Made by a program: the position numbers and the translations under genes. DNA of 64,000 bases from Paramecium tetraurelia (Eukaryota). Below, one piece after another: positions 14,374 to 31,765 of this stretch. Positions within the stretch are counted from its first letter, which is position 1. Every line of letters starts with the position of its first letter. Location: assembly GCA_000165425.1 (NCBI GenBank), contig CT868585.1:186001-250000 (forward strand), read 5' to 3'. Under the pieces are notes generated by a model. It worked only from the letters and a program-made list of their open reading frames with translations. It searched no databases and was not told where the DNA came from.

Positions 14374-16398
14374 TCAATTAAGAAACAAAATCAAGAGGAT
14401 GGCTACAAGAATAAAACTATTACAGGGTTCTGCATTTTCTCCGCATACGTACTAATGTTATATCAATATTGATACTCCACTTGTGAAATCAATACAAGAA
14501 ACACAAATATTATTTCTAAGGGCGAAACCGTACATGCAAGTCTTACAAACTCCAAACTCATTGTACTCAGCACAGAAGATGGTTCCAATTGTGCAACCAT
14601 TATTCTATAGAACACATAAATGAATTTGTTACTCTTAAAACAAAACTAGGTAAACATTCTGAACATTGCTACCCATTGGGGTTACAGTTGGAGCAACCAT
14701 AAGGGCAAAGCATACAAGTATTTTAGCCATCAACTTATTTTAAATAGTAACCTGGTTGACATGTTTGGCAAGATTATGAGTTACAAGTTTAGCAAGCTTG
14801 TTACTAGCATTGCACACATTATCCATTAGATAAATAATAGCCAATTAGACAAGAATTACATGCAGTTGATGAACATGTTAAGCATCCTTTATTACAAAGA
14901 GTGCAGCCATTGTTATTAACATCCAAATAATAATTGTTACCATTCTAGTTATTAGAAGAGCAAGAGGAGCAAACCAAATTAGTATTGTTATCAGTACAAG
15001 CAGTGCATCCTGGAATATTCCCTTAACATTCTACACATGTTCCTTTATATAAAACGTAATTTGAAGAACATTTAGAGCATGATTAACCACTATTGACCAT
15101 CATCATACAATTGTTAGTATTTTAACTGCACACTAGATTATTGGAATTATTAATATCAGCAACCAATAAGTATCCCTAAATGCATTAAGTAGGAATTCCA
15201 GTGTCATCATCACAATATTGAACATTTTAATCGCAACTTTAACAAGATCCTGATTTCAAATAATATCCATTATTACACATTATACATGAGCTATTTGTAC
15301 ATTAAACACAACCTTCACTACAAGTATAGCATTATCCTTTAGATAAATACAAATTTGCAGCACATTATAAGCAATACCCACTTTGAATACAATCCAAACA
15401 AATGATATCTTATATAGTGTTACCATTGCAGAGTAGACAACTTGAATTCTATAAGTAATATCCATTTTAACAATCTGTGCAATTGCCAGCGGAAGTTTTG
15501 CAAGCACTACATTCAGGATTGCAAGCCACACATTCAGTCTAAGCCGTATTCATATAATATCCTTATGCACATGAAGATGAGAAGGAGGAAGTGCATTATA
15601 TGGCATTTGGATCGTTACATTTCACACAACTACCACTTCCTATATAATTTATAATATTGATTATTCTACCATATTGATAAAATCCACTTTGCAATCTCTA
15701 ACCCGCAGTAACTGTGGCTGTTTTCTCATTAGCTACTGGACTATAATAGTATCCATCCATGCAGTACTGACATGTTCCCCTTTGACCACATATACATCCA
15801 GTTGGACATTGTTCACATTAATTGAATTCATTCAAAAAATAGTTGTTTGGACATTTTGAACAAAGCGAAGTAGTTGAGTCTAACTCTTGACATATTGCAA
15901 ATTTATTATTTAATGGCTGACTGTATGGATTATTATAGACCATATATACTTCCTTCAATTATGATGTTCTAATTTGAAAAACCGTCAATTACACGCACAT
16001 TTTACCTTGGATCTGATTTATTAAATTTACCTATCAGTTAATATCCATCATCGCATTCTGAGCAACTTCTAATGTTCATTTCATAACCTAATCTGCATTC
16101 CTTACATCCTTTGGGACAAGGGATGCAAATCTTTGTCTTCTAGTAAGCCACATGACCAACAGGACAACTGATTTGATTACATCCCATGTAGTCCGAACAA
16201 GTACACCAAGGCCGACATTAAATACATTGTTATTAATTCCAATATCCCCAGATTTAGACTTCTTAAATTGACATTCTTACCAATTTAGTTATTATTGGAT
16301 GGTATAAAGTTGCATTGATTCTTGAATCTAGTGAATTACGAAGTTTATTTTGTGTCTTGAATCAAAGCTAATACAAATAGAACTATTATCAATTTCAT
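14374..16398 (-). CDS. Furin-like/CxxC-repeat Cys-rich surface protein with hydrophobic C-terminal anchor
   Basis: Signal peptide MKLIIVLFVLALIQ, many CxxC..GYY/CxxCxxGCxxC repeats, tail SFILVAILLILFLN*. Confidence 0.85.
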
Positions 16399-16409
16399 TA
16401 TAAAAATTA

Positions 16410-17050
16410 ATGAGTTCAGAAATCAACATAAGGCAACTGCTTTATTACAAACATCTCAATCCCAGTATTGTTTCTGATTTATTTTTAGGTCCGACTTAGC
16501 AATCCCTTAGAACAGTTAAAACTATGCAACATAGACTCAATCAATTGAGATCTTCTGCTTAAAGCGACTTTAGGCTTACTACTCTCCAAACTCAAACACC
16601 TGTTCATAATTTTAGATATGGATTTAATGCAGATGAACACCAAAATTAGAATTCTTAGATCCACTTCTTAGAGGCTTTTGATTATCCTTTCAGATATATC
16701 AATGTAATCGAATATTAATTTAGAGTTATATTACAGAGAGCAAACGGAATATAGCATAATTACAGGATCAGTCTAACAGGATACGCCTGGAAATGTCGAA
16801 CATAATTTCAAAATCAGAATCTGAATTAAATCAAATATAAGTCAATTTTAGAGAGTCCCTGAACAAAAAATATAAATAATTAAGAGAGGATAATGTTCAG
16901 TTCATTGAGGCATAGTACAAATTGTCTAAGGAATACTAAAGACTAGCCAAGGCAAGATAAATGATGGAAGAAAAGCATCTATTATTATTACAAAAAGTAG
17001 TATAATTAGAAAACACGTTACAAGGTGTAACACTTGAATTACAGTAATGA
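16410..17050 (+). CDS. Hypothetical coiled-coil protein
   Basis: Continuous frame with two small introns; heptad-rich C-terminal half ending LENTLQGVTLELQQ*. Confidence 0.7.
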
Positions 17051-17331
17051 TTAAAATTTTATTATTTTATATGATAAGTTGAGATTCTGTTGATATTTGT
17101 TTGTATTTTGAATGTTTCAAGGATGTTTCTAAATTTGGTAATAAGCATTTCATTAAAACTAGATATAGTAAATTAGGAGGCCTTGGTCCCTTATATTACA
17201 AGTTGAATATAAATGATAAAGTGAAATTTAAGCTCATATAATTTACTTAAATATATGATTAAATAAAATAGTAATAAATATTATTACTTATTTAAATTTG
17301 TTACATCATGATTTATGCCATATTCTCTATC

Positions 17332-18458
<1,127 letters not shown>

Positions 18459-18869
18459 TAAAACTTAATATTTATATATTTTAATTAAATAACTATGAAT
18501 GATCATGCAGATATAAAAAGAATAAATGTATACATACCCTTCATTGAAATTTATCTACAATTAGAAATCAAGATTACAAGTAAGCTTCATCAATTGGCAG
18601 AGATAATTCATTAAGTTACAAGCAACGACAATGAACTCAATATATTTAGGTAATCCTTTAAATATAATTATTTGATTCAAATTTAGAGGAGAATTACTAG
18701 GTATGGATCAAGTGATAGCTTAAATACAAGGAATAACTTCGGGTGATCCAAAATGCTATTTGACGGCATATGCTGAAATGACTGGTGCATGATTCATGTT
18801 TAATTCTATAATTAACAATACGAATCCCATTTATAATTATGCTTATTAGATTTATTTAGAATTAAATAA

Positions 18870-20324
18870 TCAAGCAAAATAGTTGTCAATTTTATTCTAC
18901 AACCATTAATAAAATTCTGGGTTTTCCTGAGTTTTCTTATACCAAGGATATTTCTCAAAATTTTTAGTATATTTCACAATCTTTTCGACGAGTTAAAATG
19001 CAAACTTGTTAAAAATAATAAAATTACTTTTCTTGCTATTAATGCTACTAACCATGTTGGGACAAAGGACAATTATGGATTAGAATTATTGACAGCCTTA
19101 ATTTTGCATCTTGTTTTATTAATCGGAGTTATTTAAAAAATGTAATAATTTAATTGCAATCTTACATTCTTTGATTTATTAAGTTATAAGTTATAGTAAT
19201 CTAAAAATTATTGATCCTGATCAATAGATTTACATAAGAACACAATTGTTCCATTCTCCTCTAATCTATCTATTCCTTGGCCTAAAAATATCGTCTCTCT
19301 ATTGGAAATAACTGGAAAATATAATTAACTGAGGCAGACTTTTTGAGTTTTTGACAACGTTTTTAATGTTGCTGCGTGATTACAAAAAGGAACATATTAT
19401 GAGAATAATTCTACTTCTGTGATCAAAGACATTAGCTTAGCACAATCAGCTTCAATTTCTGCTTCCATAAGCAAAGAGACTGAAGATGATTTTGGTGGGA
19501 ATTTATAGGAAATACTAATCCCGTGGCTTTTTTTATCCAGTGTCCATCCATTCGAATCCAATTCTGCTAAATTTTTCATCATGAATTCGTATGAATTCTC
19601 TATTACAGATAACTTTATGATCTGATCTTATGAGAGTTGGGTTCTGTCTATTAATTGTATTGTTTGATAAGCCTAGAAAATATTATAAGATGGTTACCTT
19701 GTCCAATTTGGAGTCATTATCATAATTTAATACTATATTATAAAGTTCTTGGAAAGAGGGAACAAATTGAATGTCGGAAAGAATTTATTGATTTTCAAAT
19801 TATTAAATATTTGTTTCTTGAGCCGAAGAAACTATATTAGTCTAACTATTTAGAATTTAAAGAGTTAACAATTCTTATTTGTTTCTTATTTCCCTCTCCT
19901 TCTGTGTTTAAAAATTCTTCACTTGTTATGGATGAGGTGGAAAGTATTCTAAAATACATTCACTAACCAAAATACTTACAGTCCCTATAGAAATCACAAA
20001 ATTTGATCATTTTTTCATTGGTTTCAAGATAATTGATTAAATCAGTAAGTTATTCCTAATAAGAATATTTAAGAATGTTCTTACTTCATTAAAACCTTAA
20101 ATGCAAACTAATTTCTCTCTCCCAATCACATAAATCTCGTAAGCCTTATAGAAGTCTTCTCCATTTTCATACTACTCATGAATTAACAGCATCTACAATA
20201 AATATTTGATGAAACATACAAATTTTTAAAGATCAGATTTCATTTCTTCATAAGTTAAGTTATTGAAGAAATTACATTAGAATCCGTTTGCAGCAATGGA
20301 ATCAATTTTATTTGGGTTAGACAT
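18870..20324 (-). CDS. START-domain lipid-transfer protein
   Basis: GWTLDKKSHGISISYK, LMEAEIEADCAKLMSLITEVELFSQYVPFC, NPQLSFVPTWLV; 5' exon structure approximate. Confidence 0.7.
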
Positions 20325-21470
20325 CTATGTAAATTATTTATTCTAAATTTTTAGATATTTAAGGAATTATTTTTATAATTTTTATAGATGATTAGTTAAA
20401 TGAATGATATTTTACTAACTTTGACTATTTATTAACCAATAAAGTTGAATCAAAGCCGAATTTATAAAGCTTCACAATTAAATTCCAAAAATATAATTAC
20501 AATGTAATTATTGATTACAAAGACCTTATGGAAATAATTTTTTGTTTAAAATTTAAATAACTATCCCCATCTTGCAATACAGAAATATTGAAACATATTA
20601 ACATACTAAATATATTTCAGAATTATTTTTTTAAATATAAGATTTAAATATCCGTCAGGAAGAATAAGTAAATTCTTATAATAAACTCCATTTTCCGTAA
20701 TAATTCGAGGCTTATGATCTTATCAAGTCTTAAGTATAAAGCGAGTAAATAAAGGAGTTCCAGCTGTAATATTAAGGCAGAAAAGATTTCTTTGATATTT
20801 TTGAAATATTTTGTTGGAAGTAATTTTCAAAAATATATAAACAAATTATTATCATATTAACGAATATTAATTTAAATTTACGATGTTCAGATTTTGAAAA
20901 TATGTGTATATTAAAAATATGATTTAATATATGAATAAATTATAATTATTTTATAATTATCATTCAAGTATATTGTAGTTATAACTAATATTTTTGAATA
21001 ATTAGTATTAATTAAAAAAATGCATATATATCTTACACAATCAGGCGGAAACATGATTTCTCATGATTTTTCTGATTACCAAGTGCTCCAAACCTTATTT
21101 TAATAATTTAATTATTAGCATTGACTTCGCTTATCAAATAGATTATTTAAATATCTATAAATGTACTTTTTTCGTTCAAAATTTTTTTGTAAATTGCATG
21201 GATATCACAATAGAGACTCTTCAAAATATGAAGAAAGAGAGATGGTAATTAGATTAAGGTAATTTTTGGAGGAGTCCATTGATTTAAAAGGGCCTAGAAA
21301 CCAAAAAAGAACTTTAAAAAAGTTATTCTATTAATAAAGCCTCGCTTATTAATTATAATGTTTTAGTAAATCAAATAAGGATTTAAAATTCAATCACTTT
21401 AATGACCTTTAAATAAATAATTATATGTCTCATTTGAAAAAAATGTTATAAATATCAATAGAATAGAAAA

Positions 21471-22064
21471 TCAATTTCTTGTTCCAAACCAGATCTAGTT
21501 GAATCTGAAATATGGTTCAAGCTCTACTTTGTTTTCATCCAAAAAGATATTTCCCCATTATATGTTTCCAAAGAACATCTTGGATATTTATTTGAGTTGT
21601 TAACAGTTTTTCAATGAATTCTCTAAGGTTTGTTTGCAAGCTTTTTCTGGTTTAGTATTTAAGAACTTCTTAATTTCTGGATTTTGTTATACACTAGAAT
21701 CAAAATGAGTGAGTATAAAATGTTTTAAGGCTCTAGTGAAATTTTTTGGGATGTTTTTGCTTTCTCCAGGAAGCATATAAACAACCTTTTTTCTTTCAGA
21801 TTATGATCTACTAGGTTGTTCCTTTGTTTTTTTTATCTGGTGGACTTTTCCTATTTTCTTGGATGTAGTCATCAATTATTTTTTATCACAATCAGGGGTA
21901 TTTGTTATTTTCTCAGTGTCAAGGCCATCATCCTCATATTGATCAAAAATATTTTCCTTCCCTACAAATAATAAAGGGGAATTATCTGGATTAAACTCAA
22001 AGTCTTCATCAATACAGAAAGAATCTTCCCTAAATAGATCTTATCTATTTCTGTAATAAGACAT
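21471..22064 (-). CDS. Ciliate-specific hypothetical protein (KNIPKNF family), paralog of 55846-56481
   Basis: LPGESKNIPKNFTRALKHFILTHFDSSVQQNPEIKKFLNTKPEKACKQ..FRFNQIWFGTRN*. Confidence 0.75.
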
Positions 22065-22368
22065 TTTGTTATTATTATTAATATAAATGATTTAAGAATT
22101 AAAAAGGGTTTTAACATAAAAAAAATCTCAATAAAATAAAAATATTACATCATAAAAATATCATTTCTGTTAAATTTTATTTTTAGTTTGAATTCAAATA
22201 AATCCAATTCATACTTATTTAGATTTGGTTAAATAGTCAAATAATTTTTTAAATTTAGAGAATAAATATATATGAGCATTTAATATCATTACTAATTATT
22301 CCTACAAGGAAATTTAATGAAATCTCTATCTCTTGATGGCTTGATGAATATTTATAATTCTTATAAAT

Positions 22369-22911
22369 ATGGGAGGATCAATATAAAAAATATATTCATG
22401 TTTGTTCCCTTACAAGTAGATTAGAGTAATAATGATCGGATTAGACGCGGTTGGAAAAACATCTATACTCTACAGGTTGGCATTATATGAGGAGATAAAA
22501 TCCACTATCCCAACTATCGGGTTTAATTCTGAAACAATCTACTACAAAAATATTCAATTTACATGCATAGAAATAGGAGGGGGAGATAAAATAAGGTTAT
22601 TGTGGAATTAATATATGGATGTAAAGGACACAGGAATCATTTTTATCATAGATTTATCTGATCCAGAACGATTGCCACTAGCAAAATAGGAGTTAAAAAG
22701 ATTTCTTAATGAAAAGGAAACAAAAGGCTCTCCCTTATTAGTTCTAGCTAATAAGCAAGATATTGCTAAATTTAGTATTGAGGAATTAAGCAAGTTTTTA
22801 GAACTTCCACATCATTAAAGAAAATGTTATATACAACCCTGCTCTGCAAAGACTGGCGATGGATTATATGAAGGTTTAAGCTGGTTAGCTACAATATATA
22901 GTTCCAAATGA
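22369..22911 (+). CDS. Atypical Arf/Arl small GTPase, intronless
   Basis: MG start, [27 protein letters not shown] (altered G3), [23 protein letters not shown]. Confidence 0.92.
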
Positions 22912-23189
22912 TTATATTAGTATGTCAGCAATTTTATATTCATTTCTACACTTGATAGCAATTTAAACTACTCAAGAGTTTTCAATTTAAGAATGTAATA
23001 AAAAATAGCTGGATGGCTAAGAAGTAGGTCAATTCGAATATTTTACACTATATATATATATATAGCATGGGTTTAATGCATTTGAAGATCTGGTGGGTAC
23101 TAAAAGAATAGGGAGAGAAATTTAAGACTTAATAATCAACTTTGCGAAGTTCATTCAAATATATATAAATCTTAACAATTGACTAGATA

Positions 23190-23417
23190 ATGAGTGATCG
23201 AAAGCAATAATTAGAAAAGAAGGAGAAGGACTATCATCAATCTCTTTTAATGGAAAAGTAAGTACTGGATGAATTTCATAAACCATATGATATTATGAGA
23301 AAACCATAATTAGATACTATGAATGAAGGTTCTTTGAGTGAAAAAGTCAAATAATATTTTCAAAATTTGAATGTTATTAAATAGACTAATATGGTTTTAA
23401 TACAAATAAGATTATGA
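23190..23417 (+). CDS. Short hypothetical protein (3' end uncertain)
   Basis: MSDRKQQLEKKEKDYHQSLLMEK.. open about 75 codons in the ciliate code. Confidence 0.35.
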
Positions 23418-23631
23418 ATTCAGACAATATAAACTAAAGACTAATCATATAGATTAAGTTAGTTGAAGAGAAAAATAGCATCTTAAAATGCACCTAAAAT
23501 AATGATACTATTAATTAAGTTTATATATTACTATAAAGAAATATCAATTCGCATAAAGAATTTTATGTTCTAGTTCAAATAGTAAATTTTATTTATTCAT
23601 TAAATTAAAAAAAGTAATGTAATTAAAATCA

Positions 23632-24578
23632 ATGACTAGTGAGAAGTATGCAAATAAAACTACAGGATTGGGTTCGAGTAGAACGGATCAATAGAGACTC
23701 CACACGGCGAAGTTGAAATCATTGGAATCCCTAATTTCTGATAAAAGCAATAAATAAGTTTTGTAACCATTGGGCAGAAAAGATGTATTGATAATTGATA
23801 CATTTAGCACAGCAAATAAAAATGTTATAGGACTATTTATAGGAGAAAATAAATGAATATTCAGATGTTGAGAAAAAAATTGATCTTTACAAAAAGGAAG
23901 GTGACCAGATGAATGATTATGTTGAAGATCTGATCAAAGAGTATTGCTTGTAACTAGTACGACAAGGTAAGAAGGAGAATATAACTGAGGATTAAATAAA
24001 AGAATTGCAAGATAAGAAATAACAATTGAAATAGGAAACTATACAGTTACATAATTTGAATAAGGTATAATATTTTGAATTGGAAGTTTAATAAGGATTG
24101 AGTTTAAAGTTGAATGCTTAAAAGTAATAATACAAGAAAAAAATATAACTTTTTGATGAATACTATAAAAAGACTGAGTAAAAGATCAGGTAAAAATAGC
24201 CAAATCTTGATTTTAATGAGATGCCAAAAGCTTAAAGAAACAAGTAAAAGCCCAATGCTGTGGCCATAATTTAAAAGACTCCAGATGAAATTTTACAGGA
24301 GAAAACACTGTTAATTGATGAATATACGAAAAAGATAGAATAGTTGACATTCCAAATATAAGAAATCACAAGGACTTGTATTTTAGAGAAATAAGAATTG
24401 ATAAAAAAGATCTAGGATACCAAAGAAGAGTAATTAAAATTGAGTGACAAAATCTTAAACTTAAGATTGAGATTGAACAAATTTGATAAATTAGAGCAAT
24501 CATTATCCAGTGATAAATGCATTTCTGATATCAAGTCTAACGACACAGAACATTCATAATAGCAATAATAAGAATTGA
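23632..24578 (+). CDS. Hypothetical coiled-coil protein
   Basis: Long E/K/Q-rich frame with small introns; TGA 24576-24578. Confidence 0.65.
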
Positions 24579-24607
24579 TAATATGAATTTATATATTTAA
24601 TTTAATA

Positions 24608-25496
24608 ATGGACTAATAAATTGCACTTTATCTGAAAATGATCTCCTATTACGAATAGAAACTATAAACAATCAAATAAACCTTATACTCCAATAACTCT
24701 GACAATATAGATAGATCTTTTGAATTGTTGTCCAACAACGAGGATACCATTACGAAGAATACTTTGTTAAACTTTTTCGTTTAGAATCTCCATCCTATCA
24801 ATTATAAAGACGTCATCGAATTTATCTGGTTTATTGGTGATAAAGATAGATTTACTATCAGTAAACAATAATTTCAAGTAATTGTTATATTTAAAAAGCT
24901 TAGAATTACTTAACGAAACTTTTACTTCATAAATCAAACACTATCATTGATCATACAAACAATGATCTTTAAGTATAGCTTCTGAAATTACTCACTCAAT
25001 AAATAAGAGTAATTAAATAAATTAAGGATAGCAAATTGTAAATAATTAACAACGATGAGTTCAATATAATCAAGGTATTCTCTTTCATGTCTATTCATAG
25101 ATATTTTAAAACCTAAGTGATCACAACGATATTATAAATACCAATAGCCTTCTTAATTTTATGAAAAGCAATAAGGTTTAATTTAACAATTTCGATTTTG
25201 ATTTGCTAACCTTTGCCACATTTGGAAGGAAATGCAACATTACTTTCGATCAATTTAAAGATTGCTCATTGTTCTCCAACAATATTTCTAACAAATAATA
25301 CATTAAATCAAGAGAAATACCTGAAGAAAAATAGATGACTCATTCTTACATCGTTAATCTAAGTAAATCTATAATACAGCAATAATAATTAATGCCTATA
25401 AGTGAAGCGAGCAGCATTGTTGAATTTAAAACTTCTGAACTTAAACCTAAAACTAAAAGATATTAAGAATAAACTAATGTACCCAGACAATATTGA
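24608..25496 (+). CDS. Hypothetical protein
   Basis: Open frames separated by GT..AG micro-introns; no recognised domain. Confidence 0.5.
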
Positions 25497-26328
25497 TTAA
25501 TATTTATTATAAAACATTTTTATTTAACATTTGAATCTTATTATATTAATTAATAAATATATTATTAATTTGTTTATAATTATTTTTTCAACTATCAAAT
25601 AATAGTTTTAGGATGGTAACATGTAAAATATTAAATGATGTTGATTTATTGAAGTCTTTAAAGTTAAAATTCGAATACTTCATTGTTAAATACAATATTA
25701 AATTAAGGAATATAATATTTTAAAGTAAATGACAGAATTATGAACCTAGAATTATTAATTTTGAATAAATTATTTGATTTCATGATGATATCATAAACCA
25801 AATTATTAGGGGATTTATTGAAAATAAATATTATGTATTAATTTGAATACAATTTCTCAATTTAAATCATAATCTAAAAGATTAATAGGATTATCTATAA
25901 AATTATTTTCTGTCTACATTCTCCAATTATAATGGTGAATAAAATAGTCTATTCATTTTTTAACCCATATAATTTGATGGCTTGATTTATATAATTATAT
26001 TTCTAGTCTAATTTATTAATTTCACTATAATTTATTAGTTTCATTCATAATGTTCTGTTACATAATTATTTATCAAATTGAACTAACAATTTATATTATT
26101 ATTTCCTTTAGGTTATTCTTTGAATTGATCAATATTTAACTTGCAGTCTGAATACTTTTAGATATATATTTAATTTGATGCGAATTGCTTTGTTCAAGGA
26201 TGTGCCATCTAAATGTAATCATGTATGAGGTTTGAGGTAGGAATGAAATGATAGAGATTCTGGCAATCAAGAGATTGAAGAAATTAATTAGTATTTAATA
26301 TATTTAAGTATAAATTTAACAAATTATT

Positions 26329-27197
26329 ATGAATAAAAGGAATAAGAAACCTTCACTTATAGCATAATTGTATTTTGATTTGATTTAGGAGATGGACAAT
26401 GTATGAATAAACATAAATTAGAGAGTATAATCGATAATGATATTGATTAGTCGCAAATACTTAATTAAGATGATGCATCATTGTCATATAATATAATATA
26501 GCTCTTTAAGTCTATTGATCAGATGCGTTAACAATTGCAATAATAATTGAACGAGCATATTAAGAATGATTACGAGACTGTTATCTAAAATTTGGAAGCC
26601 TCTGTTAGAAAGCACATTAGAACATAATACTAACTGAATCTTCAGATTGAATTACTAAATGGTAAAATAGAGGAACTGTTAAAAGAGAAGGAAGTCTCAG
26701 TGAAGCAATTTGAGGAGAAAATACACAAATTGCAATTTTAGTTGCAAGAGAAACATACAGAAAGTGCAGGAAATTTATAAACTAATTTTCTGAATCAGTT
26801 TTCTCAGTTGGATTTAAACACACAGAAGAAAACACCATCTGCTTATGAGAAGATCAATAAATTGATGTCGAACAAGTCTTAGTAGAATATACTTAGCACA
26901 AATGGATTTTTGAATTAGGATGAGCGTTCGCTTTCTTAAAGAAAAACGTCTTATCCTTTGAGAAAATCAATCGATACTAAACTACTACAATAAGATAGCA
27001 AGAAACGATAAATTTGCTTTTAAAAAAGCAGACTCTAACAATCTACTATTAAGTAGGATTATTCATGCTCCCAAACACAAAGAGATGAGTAAGTTAGCGT
27101 TGATCAGAGAAAGACGAAAAAGATAATATTGTAATTAAAAGGGTCGATCCCTTAGTACAGTAACATTCACTTAACTAGATCTGGTTTGCAATTTTGA
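26329..27197 (+). CDS. Ciliate coiled-coil protein (DYE..IQ.LEA..R.HIR motif), tandem copy 1
   Basis: NDYETVIQNLEASVRKHIRTQYQLNLQIELLNGKIEELLKEKE. Confidence 0.75.
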
Positions 27198-27216
27198 TTA
27201 ATTAATATATATATAT

Positions 27217-28300
27217 ATGCAAGGCAATACTATAAAATAATTATTGTTGGATATTGTAGATCTGATTGACAAAGTAATTTAAATTCTTAGAAATAGGACA
27301 TCATTCAAACATATCAACAAATCATTTAAGTGAGTATTAAGTAAATTAGTGAATAATCTGAAAAGTAATAATACGAATATATCCTCTAAATCATTGCTTA
27401 TTTAAATAGGTACCCCTCAAATTAATATGCAAAAGAGTAAAAACTGTATTTGAAGAATAATTAGAAGAACACATGAACAACGATTACGAGGCAGTAATCC
27501 AAAAACTTGAAGCATCAATAAGAATTCACATCAGAGTTGAGCAACAATAGAAATTGCAAATTGATGCTCTGACCTAAAAAATAGATGAAATCACTTCTGA
27601 AAAGGATATTATTATAAAATAATAATAAGAAAAAATAAAATCTTTGGAATAAATCATTAAAGTATAGCTTATTGATTATATTCTAGGATTAACAGAAAAA
27701 ATTGTTAGATATATCACCCAAAGAGGTTCTTCATAAAAAGACTCCATCAGCTTTTGAAAGGCTAAGTAAGTTGGTCTCCAACAAATCCTAAAAGAGTCTA
27801 TAAATCACAAATAATGAAGCCAATTTCAAAGCTTTGTTGAAAATATGCAACACTGAAAAAGATCGGTCGTTGTCTAAGGGAAGGAAACAGTCGTCTGTTA
27901 AACGGGAGATTGGTTATTAGAGATCAAATGAGGAGACTCAGTAAAAACATGTATATATAAAGAAATTTAGAGCCCAAATTGATGGCAACAGAAAGATTAA
28001 GAGATTCAAAGGGAGAGAAGCGACACAGAGTCTAGAAATCAGAAAAACTAAATGAACAATCATAGTAGTCTTTAAGTACTGAGAAGTTGAATAAGTGTAA
28101 CAAAAGCAAAAAGAAAGAATCACCATTAATTAGAGTATTATTTTGATATTCTATATAAGTAAAAGCCAGAATAAACATTATCTAGTCAAAGTTTTGATCA
28201 AGTCGGTAAAAGCTTATAAGCATTGCAAAGACAAACTTCAAACACTCGTCTGTAAAATAATCACAGCTCTCAACTACTAAAATTCTTATAGAAGAAATGA
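27217..28300 (+). CDS. Ciliate coiled-coil protein, tandem copy 2
   Basis: NDYEAVIQKLEASIRIHIRVEQQQKLQIDALTQKIDEITSEKD; shares the KTPSA(Y/F)E..LVS/LMSNKSQ block with copy 1. Confidence 0.75.
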
Positions 28301-28312
28301 TTTATATATAAT

Positions 28313-31402
<3,090 letters not shown>

Positions 31403-31765
31403 TTAGATTTGTTTAATATATCTATATGTTATGAGTATATAATAAAATTGAAGTAACAAATGATATTTTTAATGTTTTGATTATTTTATTTTGATTTTTA
31501 TCCATTTTTTTCATCTCTTCATCTAATTACCTATATTTGCTGTAGAAGAATTCTTATAAATCTTTATCATGACCAAATTAAGAGGAACTTGCATAATTTC
31601 TTTTAATCGTAAAATCATCTTAATTTGAATGTTGAAATCTAATCTATTTTCAAATATAATATTATTTTAGTTTTCAATTAATCAAACTTATTTAATGAAT
31701 AGAATTTCTTCGGTATTACAACAATGATTAATGAAATATAAAGTTAATATAATATAAATAAATTT

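Noticed and set aside
18494..18792. Small plus-strand gene candidate
   Set aside because: It needs unusually long (about 36-37 nt) introns and gives no recognisable protein.
20330..21440. Coding-like remnants, including a fragment vaguely like a ubiquitin-ribosomal protein fusion
   Set aside because: No continuous frame or convincing motif.
23049..23063. (TA)n microsatellite
   Set aside because: Short and expected in DNA this AT-rich.
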